From Neoechinorhynchus agilis (lineage: Eukaryota > Animalia > Acanthocephala): a stretch of 64,000 bases of DNA. This document shows, in pieces, positions 1-11,729 of the stretch. A model generated the notes under the pieces. The model was not told the origin of the DNA. It saw only the letters and a list, made by a program, of their open reading frames with translations, and made no database searches. Made by a program: the position numbers and the translations under genes. Position 1 is the stretch's first letter. Every line of letters begins with the position of its first letter. Location of the stretch: contig CM121342.1 of the NCBI GenBank assembly GCA_051530055.1, positions 12,229,480 through 12,293,479 of the forward strand, given 5' to 3'.

Positions 1-684
1 ACATGCGAAAAAATGTCTGGTCGCATCTTTTAAGGGTGCAAACTGCAATTACACAGACATGTCGGGCGACCATCTGGAAAAGGGATAAATTCCTTTTTGA
101 GAAGATCTTTAATCGCTATAAACTTTTTTCCGGATATCTTTAAAAGGTCACCTGGAAATTAATTTTAATATCGACCAATTAACCCGGCCTTTGGAAACAG
201 GTGGAGTGCATTGAATCATCTGGTTAAATTCCAAATCCGTTATATTGCAAATATTCAGAAATTTTATTTAAAAACAATGTAGGTATTTCCAATACGCGGG
301 AAGGGATTAGAACTATGCTGTCGCTTATCCGGTAGTTCCGACGACTTAATAGATTTAAAAAAGTGAGCTGTTTTCTTACTAGAATTTAAGAAATGTGCAC
401 CCAAAGAAGTTTCGATCGTTAATTTTTGATAATTGTGGCTAATTTTAAGTAAAAAAACTAACCGTAAAATTCCTTGGAAAGGTCACATGCTGATTGGACT
501 GAGGGTTGCGCATGAAAATTACAATGAATCCAGAAAACTGGCCTAGTTTTCCTAAAGGTGTCTGTGCATCGCGTTTCGGTGTCATGTTTACATTCTTTGT
601 TTCTCCATAATTATCTCTCGCTCTTCAGCTCCTTCTCAAAGTGCGTAAATGACTAATATGCGCTTTCCTATTGGTTGATGCAAA

Positions 685-1631
685 ATGTCTTCTAGACGCA
701 TTAGAAGTAGGCATCTGGGAAGTGAGACCTATCTGCTAAGTTCACACTTTATGACACCTCAACGCCCAACTCGTCCTCTGTTTCACCTTAAAGAATCTTC
801 CCGACCGACTAATAGAGAAAAGCGAATTTATCAAAACACAAACCAGATGCTTGACAGAAGCTCCACCGCCAGTTCTGCGGTTATGGTGGAAAAAGCCAGA
901 AACGCCAGCTGGATTCAAAACAGTATGCCGTTCGATCCGCTCCTTATACAGCCGCCACATTACCACCAATTACCCGGCACCGCAGCCGAACCCAACTCCG
1001 ATGGGTTCGCTAACTCCTATTCGTCGACGACGAACCAATACTACGTCATCAATCAACCTTCCCCGTATGACCGTTGGTACAACCATCAAAGCAACGGTCA
1101 TCATCAATTCTATTACGATTCTCGGAACCAACCTTTTAGCTACACCGACGGATTCTGTCTCAACTCTGAAGACATTGATCCAAGGTGTTCACGTCGAAGA
1201 ATCTCTGCCAATAAAAAAGAAAGGAGGCGAACTCAGAGCATCAACAATGCATTTGCTCATCTTCGAAACTGTATTCCAAACGTTCCTAAGGATACAAAAC
1301 TTTCGAAAATCAAGACTCTCCGATTAGCTACCAAATATATCGAGTATCTGATGGACAGATTGTCGAAACCGGGAAATTCGAATGAAAATCATAACGGACA
1401 TGATATTGCGTCGGATTTTAAAGCTGATCTTGGAAAAACTCGAAAGGTTTGTACTTTTTTTCTTTTAATTTGAAACATTAACTCGCTTTCTCGTTCAAGC
1501 GCTCAGCTGCTGCTTGTCTAGCGACGTCACAACCAAGTGGTGCTAAAAAGAGTAAAAGCAGAACGGGGTGGCCTCAGGAAGTCTGGGCCAATGAGCTGAG
1601 GCCATTGAAACTCGAGTGTAAAGACGTGTAA
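685..1631 (+). CDS. HAND: HAND-family bHLH transcription factor; exons 685-1446 and 1500-1631
   Basis: b[56 protein letters not shown] 53-bp phase-0 GT-AG intron (1447-1499) joins an exon encoding the HAND C-terminal motif [13 protein letters not shown]; stop at 1629-1631. Start codon uncertain. Confidence 0.93.
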
Positions 1632-2135
1632 ATATCAAGTTCAAATTCGGATTGTTTTGTGTATTGCCGCGTTCGATCTCCCTTCAAACTTGTGATACGC
1701 AGCTTGTGTACAGCTCTTTCTTTTTTGTCTTTTAATAAATACTTTGTCCAAATATCATTGGTCGCCCTAACAGAGACGTTGTCCAGATATGTCAAAATGG
1801 CAATCTGGCGACCTCATTATCTTCGGGATCCAATTATTTATTCGAAAGCAACAACATTGTTTATCAAGTTAGAACATAGTTTTCTATAAAATAAACCGCG
1901 AATAGAATTCTTAGGATTTAATTCTCTTTTTACAACATGATCTACAAAATTTCATCGCCTTTTTAATTACGCTGAGACAATGGTATTAAATCAACCAATA
2001 AGAATAAAAACACGTCTAAAATGTCGTATCGCGAAGTTGTGGATACCTATGTCTATTTTTGAGATATATTAAATGCTTTCTCCTTATTGTTTGATTTCGG
2101 CGTCGACTGAAAAATTCTTTTCAACAGAAAATTTG

Positions 2136-2600
2136 CTAGCAACCTTGTTAAAAGCATAAGATTGTGCCGAAATATCGAATTCAGTAAATAAATTTCTTTA
2201 ATTTTTTCCTACGTATAGAACACTAACGATTCCATCTTCAAACAGCAATTTATTGAATTTCATATTTTGACATCCTTTTGTACCTTTTTAATAGTGCTAG
2301 TTTACATACTATAAAGCGTACTAGCAACTTTGTTAAAAACATAAGATTGTGCCGAAATATCGAATTCGGTAAATAAATTTCTATATTTTGGCATCCTTTT
2401 GTGCCTTTTTAAGGGTGCTAGCTTAAGCATAGGATTGTACCAAAATATCGAATTCAATAAATTTCCCCAATTTTTTCCTCCATATAAAACATTAACGATT
2501 CCACTTTAAAACAGTAATTTATTGAATCTCAACGTGTGTAGAAATATCGAATTCAACAGATAAAAAATTTCCCATGTAAAACGTGAATAACTCAATCTTC
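2136..2600. repeat. Degenerate tandem repeat (3-4 copies) with core CATAAGATTGTGCCGAAATATCGAATTC
   Basis: Core recurs near 2155, 2340 and 2428, with a partial copy near 2541; a related dispersed copy lies near 43684. Confidence 0.7.
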
Positions 2601-3787
2601 AAAAAATTTTAAATGTACCATTTTTTTGCCTGGACGTTACCATTTACGCGATTCGACTAAGAATATCTTCATTACCGGCAAGGAAATGGCAGCTAAATAA
2701 TGCGATCATTACCGGTCACTGATGTCAACATCAATCAACTTCAATCACACCTTAAGAAACTGGAATGTGCGAAGAGACGGTAATGTGCGCCAAACAAAAA
2801 ATTGTTACGTCTGCTCTGCATTCGAAATGCGGTCTAATATATGGCTTAAAATAGGTCATCAAAATTCGGAATCAAAAGTGATAATCAATCGAAAAGCCCC
2901 GCCCATGATGCTGCCGTAAATTAATTCTAGACTAATTAAACTTATTAACACCGTTAAATCACACAATTATGGATGAATCTTAATTGTTATTAGATCGCAA
3001 GAGTCGCTCGACGCTCTCGTTATTTGTGGGTGACATTCAGCGCCTCGGGAACCGGTGAACAATTCGATCTGCCTTATGCGCGTTATTGAAAAGCTATAAA
3101 AATTGAGGACTAAAGGCAAGGGATTTAAAGTTCACTTTACCGATCTTAGAAGATATTCGATCACTCACTGCTCAAAAGATTAATATAAACAAGGAATGAA
3201 CCAAAAGGATACGTCGCGGTCTCTTTGATGTCGAATGAATTTATTGGAACAAAAAATGATTTGTTGCCTGACGATGTTCTAGAGATTGATTCTCATCTAA
3301 TTTTTTAGTATCAACTTAAAAAAATCATGGCTAACCAAATGAGAAAACTCGAAATTTCTAGAGTGCGAGAAGTGTAAAAATAAATTTGAAATTTTTTTGA
3401 GTGTAGCTTCTTCTAAAAGTTGAATGAAATGTCTACGGTGATTTATAAACTAAATTTGCACTAGGCTGTTAATAGGGTCCACTTGAATTTTTTCCAATCA
3501 TCGGTGTAGACATAAGGCGGCGATGAATCGAAATTCCTTAAATATTTTGTAGCACGCAATCTTATTGGTTGAATTTTTTGGTGCAAACCAATCAGTTAAT
3601 AAACTTTTATTTGTACTTGAAAAGCTTTAAGTTCAAGTCTTATCGATGACTACAAATTTCCATTCCACTTTCGAGTTCAGTCATCATACAATCTAGCAGA
3701 AGAGTTTTTCGTCATAATTATCGAAAGAATCGCTTAAAAACTCCTATTTTAATTTCTAAGAGACAAGGTCGAATTGGAAAAATTAGG

Positions 3788-4159
3788 ATGACGACTCGCC
3801 CTCCGCCTCACGAGTGGGATTTATCAGCTGAAGAAAAGAAAGTTATAAGTGAGCGTGCTGCAATGCGTCAGACTATGAAAGCGAAATATGAAAAACTCAG
3901 CACTGATCCGTTCCAGGAAGGTATCGTCTTTGATCCAGCAATTCAGCGATACATGTCAATGAAGGCGACTCGTCTGGACTACTATAGGCCTGTGCCGAGG
4001 AATTTCCTTATTCCAGCCATTGGGATATTTTGTGCCGTTACTTTTCAGCTGTTGTTCAATCGAGTTAAAAATCGTAAAGAACAACAATATAGGGACGGTG
4101 AAGTCACTTACTGGGAGCGTCGGCACGATTCCACTCACAACTCACAAGGATTTCTTTAA
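3788..4159 (+). CDS. NDUFB4: NADH dehydrogenase 1 beta subcomplex subunit 4 (B15)
   Basis: 123-aa single-exon ORF with DPAIQRY...YRPVPRN, one hydrophobic TM segment and a basic C-terminus, as in the B15 family. Confidence 0.85.
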   Translation: MTTRPPPHEWDLSAEEKKVISERAAMRQTMKAKYEKLSTDPFQEGIVFDPAIQRYMSMKATRLDYYRPVPRNFLIPAIGIFCAVTFQLLFNRVKNRKEQQYRDGEVTYWERRHDSTHNSQGFL

Positions 4160-4299
4160 GCTCTACTTCGAATAAATTAGTGATCTTAGAACGTAGGACG
4201 TACGACCAATAATATTGCGGTACCCAAGTTATTAGCGGTAAGCCTTTTTAAGAAAGTTCGAAGGTTATTCACACTTATTCGCTGTTTGACCTTTAAGAC

Positions 4300-4775
4300 A
4301 GGCTTGAGGAAATGCCAGAAAAAGCTTTCTTCGAAGTATTGCGTCGTCATTCTCAACTCAATGTAGAAGGCAGAGCTTGTCCGTTAATCAACGGGAGAAC
4401 ATCGGAGTTTGTGTTTATTCGCGAAACTCAACAATTAAGACGAGTAATTCGCCACTTTTCATCGGCGGAGGAACCGTCAGTGCCCTTAAACAGGAACTCT
4501 AAAGTCGTCCCCTTTTCACATGAGCAAAACAATCCTAATCCCAATTCATTTCATTCTCTCCCAACGTCCCCCCCCTCATTTTCCACACCATCTACCGAAA
4601 TGAAAAGGAGGAAAGACCCAAATTCACAAAAATAGCCACCAATTCTCACCCAACCGAACCCGTAATCCACTCCAAAATCAACATTCATTTAACCTATCAG
4701 AAATAGAGTTTTTGAGGACCCAAAGGTACATTGGTCCTATTCTTTTTGGATTAAGAAATAAACGTGTTATTATTA
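4300..4775 (+). mobile_element. 3' fragment of an L2/Crack-like (CR1-group) LINE
   Basis: NPNSFH-like peptide, 3' hairpin AGGACC-CAAAGGTACATT-GGTCCT (4715-4738) and AATAAACGTGTTATTATT tail, shared with the copies at ~30 kb and ~41 kb. Confidence 0.7.
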
Positions 4776-5090
4776 TTGTTAGTTTTAAAGGATATTCTTT
4801 TTAAAGAGGACAATGCATTGGCTAATCGGTCGATTTCCGATTCTAAAAACTTGAAGTTTAATTTCACCATTTACGCAAACTCATTTTCGGGAAATGCAAT
4901 CGATAACGCCCTCCATCATTTACACTATTCTCTGATCAGTAGAGAATTTATTTAAGCATTAAAGTATTTTACTAGAGATTAGTCGCAATACCGAATTAAA
5001 ATCAGCCAATAAGAAACATAAGATGCCCTCACAGCGTTTGTCAGTAATTCTTAGTCGATCACTTGCCCACTACTCCCATCACATCCCTCC

Positions 5091-8000
5091 TCAGACCACT
5101 TTATATCGACCTCGGTTAACAAGCTGCAATGCTGGGTTCTGAAGTTTCATCATTTCTTCTTTTATAATTCGCTTAATCTCAACCTTAGCCAATTGAAGGT
5201 TTCGATCCGAAAAAGCGTTTATCGTTATGAACAACTTTGTTTCTCCGATCGGAACTGGCTTGCTTGGCGCATAATATTTTCCCCGAATAGCGATTCCCAC
5301 TTCGGCATATTCTGCAATATTGGATAGTGTATCTTTCGATGTAATCTTACAACGAACTTGTTGAGGAAAGTCATTGATTTCTAAAGTTTCCTCATAAATT
5401 CGCTTTTCGTTCGAGCCGGGAATGGATAGCATGTCGTCATCCTCTTTTTTGACATAATTTAAGCGACTATTAAGCTTTTGTCCGATTTGTTCGGCAATTG
5501 ATTTTGAAGTCATTTTTGCAAAGTCCATATTTTTACCAGAACTGCTTGAACCTGGTACATTGAGGCCAAGCAACGAATTTAACGTCTGAGGAGTATTAGC
5601 CGAACGATTAAATGAACCTAAACTTGCTGCTGCCTTCTTTGCCGCTGCTAGCTTTTCGCTTATAGAAAGCTGACTCTGTACGGCCGCTCCTGCGACCGTT
5701 CCAGGAGCGATTAAATCTGCACTGACAATTTCATCTTCTCGGACACGCGTGGTGCTTTTAAAGACCTTATCGATTTCTCTGTCAATATCGAACTTATCGT
5801 CCTCGTCTTCGTCACTATCATTTAGATTAAACATTGCCTTTTGAACCCGCTTCTTCTCATCCGCGAACGCATCTTCCTCTTGATTAAACCGAAAACCACG
5901 TCCACTAAATCCACGACCACCAGTCTTGACCTCAACGCCTTCCTCTTTCATTTTAGTAACATATCCTGACCACAGATCGTTCAATTCTTCGTTTGGCTCG
6001 GCTCCGGATTGTTCTAGAGCTCGTATTATATCACCGGCGAATTTTTCTTGCCCAGGAACGATGAACGTATACGCAACTCCTTTCTTTCCTGCACGTCCGG
6101 TGCGCCCGCATCGATGGATATAATCTTCATAATGATTTGGGCAGTCATAGTTGATTACTAGAACTAAATCTTTAACGTCGAGTCCTCGAGCGGCTACCGA
6201 TGTTGCCACAAGCAAACGTATAGCTCCCGATTTGAAATCAGCGATAACACTATCGCGATCGTATTGATCTAATCTAAAGCAGCGCGTTCGTCCAAAGTCG
6301 AGAGTAAATGGGATGATGAAACAAAAGTCCAAAAGCGTTTTAGTCAAGCTATTGGACGAAGGTGTAAAAGCGAGAAAAAAATAGACTGCAATATTTTGTA
6401 TACTTCTTATTTAGCAAAGAAAAAACCCTATGTAACGGACATCGCTGTTTCAGCTTATTCCCCCATGGAGGCTCATGCAAGGATATGAATGCTGCATAAG
6501 ACTCTTCATGAGCTCGTCTGCATGTTCCTGTTTATGGACAAATACAAGAACACTGCCTTGTTCTTGATAAATACCTAAAAGCTCTAGTAACTTTAAATAC
6601 TTCTCGTCGTCGCTTAAGACGCATACATGTTGCTCCACGTCCCCACAAACTATACTGCGACCACCGACCACCACTTCAATGGGCTTAGTAAGCGCTCGAC
6701 GTGCCAAAGCCTCCATTTGCCGAGGAAAGGTAGCCGAGAACATAACAGTCTGACGATCCGGTCTCACGCAGTCCAGGATTTTGGTGACCTGGGGTTCAAA
6801 ACCCATATCGAACATTCGATCTGCTTCATCTAATACCACGTAAGTGACTCGTCTAAGATTAGTGACTTTTCCGTTATTGGCTGATAGCATATCGATCATT
6901 CTCCCTGGAGTGCACACTACAATCTCAGCACCTCGCTTTAGTTCAGCAATCTGTTCACTGATTCCAGTCCCTCCATAAACAGCAGCAACTCGCAGGTCAA
7001 GCAAACGACCGAACCTTCTGCATTCCTTTGAAATTTGCATGGCAAGTTCGCGCGTCGGAGTGAGAATTAGAGCTATTGGTCCATCTTCAGGATCCAATCC
7101 GGGTTGACATTTCACATGTCTAAGCATTGGAAGGACAAAAGCGAGTGTCTTTCCGGATCCTGTTTTTGCAATCCCAAGCATATCTCGACCTGATGTAATA
7201 ATCGGAAGAGATTGAGCTTGAATCGGAGTCGGTTTATCCATTCCATACCTAATGTAGCAAAATATAATATATTTTTTTAAATTTCACCATTGACTTTTGA
7301 AACCTTTTTAAAGCGTCCAGAATCGAAATGTAAACGATACAATGTGCCCATTTCTTTATTGGTTTTGGTACACACTTCCCACGAACTTTTATTTTATCCA
7401 ACTCTTCACGATACGCCGCAACCTCTAAAAACAAGGCGCAGAGTCAAATCACCGGTTAGTCGGAATTCTAAAGAATCGAAACAAATGTATTTTTAGAAGT
7501 GTAACGTAAAGCCAAATCCAGTTAATCAGACTAAAACGATCGCATCCCGATGTGGTCCAATCAACTGCGAAATCGACTGTATACTTTGAGTTAATTGGCA
7601 GAACAGAAAAGGATTTGTTTTTGCGGAACCATCCAACCATCTTATAAAGTGAGCTGACTAATTTTCTTCATTCTGCAATCGAAAAAAAGAACAGTCTCGA
7701 TTTCCCATTAAATTTCACTTATAAAACTATTCTCACCTTCGCGTGTTATCTTCGCAATCTCTGGAACTTCCTTATAAAAATCTTTTGTAAATTTCCGATA
7801 ATAAATCTTGTCGTGATTCGTAACAATGGAATCGGCCTTAGATTTTCTATCATAATTCATAAGATCGTCAAGATCGTCATCCATTACAACGGCGTCATAC
7901 TCAAGGGCATCCTCATTCTGTTCCATTATGTCGCCTTTAACCACTGGGTGTGAAGATTTTTTCAAACCTTCTTCGTGCTTCCGAATTCCGCCAATCTTTT

Positions 8001-8449
8001 TGACTTCTTCAGCGATGGTTTCCATGTACGCGTCAAGTGGATCGACTTCATTAGTGTTCTGATCCACAAATTCAACTTGTGTTGGCTCCTCATCGTCTGG
8101 ATCGCAAATATTAGCCGGAGATTTAACGGCCATTGACTATATGAACGCCACTTTGTGATCGAACAATGATGCCGTTAACATTACTGACCTCTTTCTGAGA
8201 GCACTGGACGGCTTCCTCCTGTTTCCTACGCTCCATTCGCCACTTTTCAATCCGCTCCCTTCTTTTCTTCATCTCTTCCTCCAGTTTCTTTTGTTCCTCG
8301 TCTTTAAGAATAGTTTCTGACTCCTGATCTTCTGATTCCCGGATTCTTTTTGACAAAGAAGGCGTAAATGATTTTGATGAACCCGAATGGTCATCTCGGC
8401 GTTTAATACGCTTAGGATTATCTGCAGATATTAAGGAATCACGCGTCAT
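5091..8449 (-). CDS. DDX46: DEAD-box RNA helicase DDX46/PRP5, multi-exon
   Basis: Motifs [43 protein letters not shown] and [10 protein letters not shown]; C-terminal [10 protein letters not shown] domain; charged N-terminus. First intron 8137-8188 (GT-AG, phase 0). Confidence 0.95.
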
Positions 8450-8554
8450 TCTTTTTTTAACTGATCTGAAACTGAAGAAATGGGGAAAACGTAAATTTTG
8501 TCTTCTTAAGCAAAAATTTTTTGAATCTCGAGCGTAAACTAACATAATATCGCG

Positions 8555-8771
8555 CTTTCTTTAGGTAGTTATATCATCACTCTGATTCAAAAATTCACCG
8601 ATGATTTATATCCCCGATATTTCATGTCGGAAGCTCACATATTACAAAACTTACGAGCAATGACAAAAACCTTCAGGAAAATGTTGGAATTATCTCCGAC
8701 GTGAAATATAGGGGAATTAAATCATCGGTCAATTTTTGAATCCGAGCAATGGTATAACTACCTAAAGAAAG
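8555..8771. repeat. Fold-back inverted repeat (~85-bp arms), MITE-like
   Basis: CTTTCTTTAGGTAGTTAT...GATTCAAAAATTCACCGATGATTT...GATATTTCATGTCGGA pairs with TCCGACGTGAAATAT...AAATCATCGGTCAATTTTTGAATC...ATAACTACCTAAAGAAAG. No clear TSD. Confidence 0.8.
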
Positions 8772-9465
8772 TATACTCTCGCCCCGTCGAAGACAATAAT
8801 TCAAGACATTTCGAATTATGTTTTTCAGTCACATTTTTCGATTAACGAACAATAATCTTTGTTATGGACAAAGAAAATCCTTCGGGGATAATCGAATGTG
8901 AACTGTGGTGAGCACACTCCCGGACATGGTATATTTTATTCATTTAAAATATTTCAGTTCGAAAACGTAACACTTTTACGCTGTTGGAGACCTAAACACA
9001 CTTCTAATCAGTTAAGAAAACTTGGAGAATGGTGTTGCGCTTCATTAATACGACAAATGATTTCTTCCGCAGTCACAAAAAGAAGGAGGGGAACAATTCG
9101 AATAAAAAATGGCTACAGTTAAAAAGTTCGCTTGTTTTAGTCGAATTATAAAATGAAAATTTCCTTTTGCAGCGGTGTTTTATAGTCTGTCAAAATTTCA
9201 AGTTTTGTTTTTTCATTTGGCGCTTTGATGGATGTTTTATTCGCTCTTGAGGAAGTTGTCAGACGGTGAAAGCTTGAAAATTTCGAAAACAAAACTGAAT
9301 GGGAAATCAAGTAATATTTCACAAGATTAAAATTAAACTATTAATTACGAAATATCGGTTGACTCATTTGAATATTTCGGTGCGACACTAGAAAACTTAA
9401 GTTAAATCCGACACCAAGTTCGGTTGCGATACTGATTATTTTTTTGAGATTGTAATAATTAAACA

Positions 9466-9759
9466 ATGTTCTCAGGTTTTAGAATGATCCGTTTTCGACC
9501 ACTAATGACATTCAAGCGTGCCGTTTTCATGAAAGTCGACATTAATTGCGGTGCTTCTGGGAAAATATCGGAGTCTGGTAAGAAACCCGATAACGTTAAG
9601 AATCAAAATGAAAGCGGAACCGCGGAAACCGTGTATTATCGACACAAACCATTTCCAAACAACGTAAATCCGGAAACGGGCGAGGTTGACGGACCAGCTG
9701 GACCGGAACCTACCCGTTATGGGGATTGGGAACGGAATGGAAGGTGTTTCGATTTTTGA
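9466..9759 (+). CDS. SDHAF4: Succinate dehydrogenase assembly factor 4
   Basis: Diagnostic C-terminus [36 protein letters not shown]; basic N-terminal presequence. Confidence 0.95.
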   Translation: MFSGFRMIRFRPLMTFKRAVFMKVDINCGASGKISESGKKPDNVKNQNESGTAETVYYRHKPFPNNVNPETGEVDGPAGPEPTRYGDWERNGRCFDF

Positions 9760-10073
9760 AATCTTTTTACAATACCTTAATGTTAGTGGAAGATTGGAGT
9801 AAAAATTGTTTTTGGTAAAGATTTTCGAGTTGGGTTGATAGAGTCGGAGATTTGTTGGTCATAATCCCCCCTACAGTTAAAAAAAAACATATTTTATTGA
9901 TTTCCTTATAAAAAAAATAAATAAATTATGATCTACTATAAGAAAGATACTCGGCAAAATGAGTATGGTCCTTATGTCAAGCTCAAAATCCTACTTAAAC
10001 TTTTTTCTTAACAAAAGCAAGTTTTATTTTCAAATGGGCACTTCAGCGGATTGTTGCAATGATAGCTTGAATC

Positions 10074-10543
10074 TTTATTTTCGAACTTTCGCCGTCTTAC
10101 GGCTTCTTCAGGAATTTACAAAGGCTCATGGAGTTGTAAAGTAAGTGTTAAAAAAGCGACATCGAAGTGTGGAATGTTCGTCCCGAATTTCGGGGCTTGG
10201 TGGAGCGGGTGTCCAGAACTCTCGTTGGTATTGTCCGTGGGAAACATTATCCCCTTCCAACCGACCGCCCGAGAACAGAGTGGTAGATTTGTGGCTAAAG
10301 ACTAAATGGAACTATTTATCGCCGAAACATTACTTATATCTCGGTCGGTTGGAAGGGAATAGTATTTCCGGAGACAATACCAACGAGAGTTCTTTACATT
10401 AGCTCTAAAAATCCTAAGAAATGCTCAACAGACGCAACGAACTTTCCACACTTCAATGTTGCTACTTTAACACTTACTTCACATCTCCATGCGCTTTTGT
10501 AAATTCTGAAAACGCCCTAAGACGTCGAAAGCTCGAGAATAAA
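10074..10543. repeat. Long imperfect fold-back inverted repeat (~470 bp)
   Basis: Perfect 20-bp arms at 10216-10235 and 10373-10392; further pairing CCTTCCAACCGACC/GGTCGGTTGGAAGG; outer arms ~10074-10180 and ~10436-10543 pair with scattered mismatches. Confidence 0.85.
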
Positions 10544-10735
10544 AATTTTTCAAAAACAAAACTTGATCAGCCATGCGGCTGACATATGAAGAAAAAACGC
10601 TTTGAATCTTTTATCGATTAAACTGTAACGTAAACACAAGCAAAGGATTGAATCGAATGTATATCCTAGTGCTATGTGTTTAGCTTCCATGGCAACTAAA
10701 ATGACTTACAGTCTTAAACATCTCGAAAAACGGTA

Positions 10736-11459
10736 ATGTGCGATGAAGATTTTGAACAATCAAATGTGCCACCAGACCGAGTTGAGATCAGTTCCTGGTG
10801 TGTGATGATATTGAAAAACTTAACCCGTGAAGCTCTCAGGTCTGAAATCCGTGGCGATGAAGTAATCGAGTGGACTCTCAAATACTTAGAGAAACTCAAA
10901 GAAGGCGACTGCGACATGCCGATGGGTCAACGTAAACGATGCTTGTTCAAAGATATTTCAATGTTATACACTTACGCCCAATCAGAGAACGATATGGAAG
11001 TCGTTAAATTTAAAAATATGTACGAGGCTTATAAGTTTAACGAGCCTTCTCTTCTAGAAATAATCGGTTATTTTCAAACAATAAGATTAAAATTTGAAAA
11101 GAAACCGAATAGAGCGTTTGGTTGAAGAGCTTCCTGAGTGGTCGTTAAATTATTCATGGGTAAAGAAATGTACAGTACTCCTATTATCTTCTATTTGTGA
11201 AGACGTCGATGATCTCATGCTTTCAGCAATGGAAGTTTTTGGTGGACCTGCTCAACCCTCAAAAGGATTTCGAATTGAATTTACAGATTTTTGTTTGGTT
11301 TACAGAATATTTTGTTTTCTTGATCGAAGAATTAGCAATGCGTATTTAAACTTCATCGTTGAACATTTTCAACGACGAGTTGACAGTGACCACTACATTC
11401 ATGCATGTGACGTATTTAGGAAAGGGCAACCTTTTTTGAATCCCATTGAACATGTATAA
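10736..11459 (+). CDS. Hypothetical protein (~225 aa), two exons
   Basis: ORFs 10736-11125 and 11094-11459 join in frame through a 46-bp GT-AG intron (11067-11112). No family recognised. Confidence 0.55.
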
Positions 11460-11729
11460 AATGCCTTTAATTAAATAATTCTTCTGTTTATTTGAATGTG
11501 TATATTTTAGTTCGGTCACTTAAACTGCAACAGAACATATCGACTAATTTAGATTTTTGTCAGTTACGCTGTTTAGACTGCGTTAGGTTTTCATGTTGAA
11601 TAATTGTAGTATTAAAGGCTTTGTTTGGGTATTAGAAATCTTTAGTTTTTAACTAAATACCAATCATTCGGAACTATTTCTGGATTTTTCGAATGTGTAG
11701 TGAACGAGCTGTGATTTCGGGCTTATCAG

